This document shows positions 62,536 through 64,000 of a stretch of DNA of 64,000 nt, one piece after another (position 1 is the stretch's first letter; every line of letters starts with the position of its first letter). The stretch is taken from positions 62,001 through 126,000 of the forward strand of contig NIVC01000347.1 in the NCBI GenBank assembly GCA_002269645.1, written 5' to 3'. Under the pieces are notes generated by a model, which worked only from the letters and a program-made list of their open reading frames with translations, searched no databases and was not told the origin of the DNA. The position numbers and the translations under genes are program-made. Source of the stretch: Macrostomum lignano (lineage: Eukaryota).

Positions 62536-64000
62536 CTAGTTTTGGCGCTTCGACCGTTGAAAGGCTTCGTAAACCTCCGGCGACGGAGCCGTCGGCAGCC
62601 TCGGCGGTTGCGTCATCAAATCGCCCGCCACCTCCCAGTACGGACCAGCAGCGGTTGATAATGACGCTTGCGGAAGCTGCGGCGGAGTCTGCGGCCGCGG
62701 CGGCGGCACCTCGTCGTCTTCGCGCCCGTCGCTGGCTTCCTCCTCTGCCTCTTCGGTGTCGGCATCATCGTCACTGCTCAGCTTCTCGGCAGCTGCGGCG
62801 CCGGCCGCGGCGAGTTTCTTCATCATCAAGAAGGTCGTCGTTGTCGCCGACTCGCCGACAGCCACTCCGTCGACGTCCATGCCGGTCTCCGGCAGCTCGT
62901 CGATGCGGTCGATTTCGGCCAGGTCAATGCCGCTACCGCCGCCGCCCGGGCCTCCGGGACCGCCGGCCCCACCGCTGCCACCTGCAGCTGTCGTCGCGAT
63001 GTTGTCCATCGAGGCCGAGGAGCCGACGCTTTGCACGCTGAAGTTGCTGCCCATCCTGGCAAGTCGCGGCCGAGCGCTGCCAGACCTTCGACCGCCTGAA
63101 GGCCCCGGCGGCTGCTGCTGCTGACCAGTCAGGGAGCCGCGAGAGTTCGTTCGCTGGAAGGCCGTGTAGATGTCGCCCTTGGCTGTGCTCGGTCGCGACA
63201 CGATTTCGGCACCGCTACGCGTCAGCTCGGCGACTTTGATTCGTTCAACGGCTCGATTGGCCGCCTCCAAGCGGGCGAACTCTTTCGGTAGCCACTCGCT
63301 CGGGTGGCTGAGCAAGCTGTGAGAATGAGAGAGCAGGCATTAAGACTGAGTTTTCATGCGGATATTGTAAAAAGTTGCGTTTAACTATGCGTCCGAAAAC
63401 AACTCACTTGGACGGAGTCGCACTGGGCAGCCGCTGATCGTCCAAAACGTACCGGCACTGCCTGTACTCGTTCGGCGGCAGGAGGGCTCTGAAATGTGTG
63501 GTATTATGACGCTTGGGTCTTTAGGTCATTAGCTTTCTCGGTCATTGGGTCTTTTGGTTATTGGGTCATTGGATCTTTTGGCAATTGGGTCATTGGGTCT
63601 TTTGGTTATTGGGTCATTGGGTCTTTTGGTTATGGGTCATTGGGTCTTTTGGTTATGGGTAATTGGGTCTTTTTGCAATTGGGTCATTGGGTCTTTTGGT
63701 TATGGGTGATTGGGTCTTTTGGTTATTGGGTCGTTGGGTCTTTGGGTCATTACCGTAGGTTTTGGGTCATTGGGTCTTTTGGTTATTACCGTAGGTTTTG
63801 GGTCATTGGATCTTTTGGTTATTGAGTCATTGGGTCTTTGGGTCATCGGGTCTTTGAGTCATTCTGTTCTTAGGTCGCTGTGAATCTAAGTTGCTAGGTG
63901 ATGTGGTTGCTAAGGTATTCATACGTATTAGCCGCTAACCTCTTCAACTTGTCCATGTCAATGCTCAGCCCATAGCTGCAGAACTTCTCGTAAATCGTTC
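62536..64000 (-). CDS. 3' exons of an unidentified protein with a long low-complexity/acidic C-terminus; 5' end is outside the window
   Basis: Phase-2-consistent exons >64000-63940, 63488-63408 and 63316-62536, giving TIYEKFCSYGLSIDMDKLKRALLPPNEYRQCRYVLDD...LLSHPSEWLPKEFARLEAANRAVERIKV. Confidence 0.85.
63520..63860 (+). repeat. 24-bp minisatellite gggtcattgggtcttttggttatt (intronic)
   Basis: Read directly. Confidence 0.92.

Overview
Eukaryotic (invertebrate animal) genomic DNA: GC-rich exons, AT-rich spacers, and 9-50-bp minisatellites in most of the longer introns. The style resembles the flatworm Macrostomum lignano, but that is inference only. Eight genes could be modelled by hand with phase-consistent GT-AG junctions: a secreted PAN/apple + C-type-lectin protein (-), a CUB-CUB single-pass receptor (+), an F-box/LRR protein (+), SNX3/12 (+), LSM1 with a Q-rich N-terminal extension (+), a 7-repeat protocadherin (+), a secreted PAN-like + fibrinogen-domain protein (-), and the 3' end of an unidentified gene (-). 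Mobile DNA includes an RNase H-bearing LINE 3' end, a Crypton-like remnant, a Ty3/gypsy gag remnant, three copies of a tRNA-derived SINE, a 2.8-kb CCC...GGG DNA transposon and a nested MITE. The best lead is the 2.8-kb element: it sits inside a CUB coding exon (AT target-site duplication; excision restores LIRVTFTTFNTEKNFD), yet its right end offers an in-frame splice acceptor, so it may be spliced out as a new intron. Other leads are a tRNA/SINE B-box-derived 49-bp satellite after LSM1 and CCAAT-box satellites directly upstream of SNX3 and LSM1. No prokaryotic or CRISPR features were seen, and many long ORFs in the supplied track are repeat artefacts.
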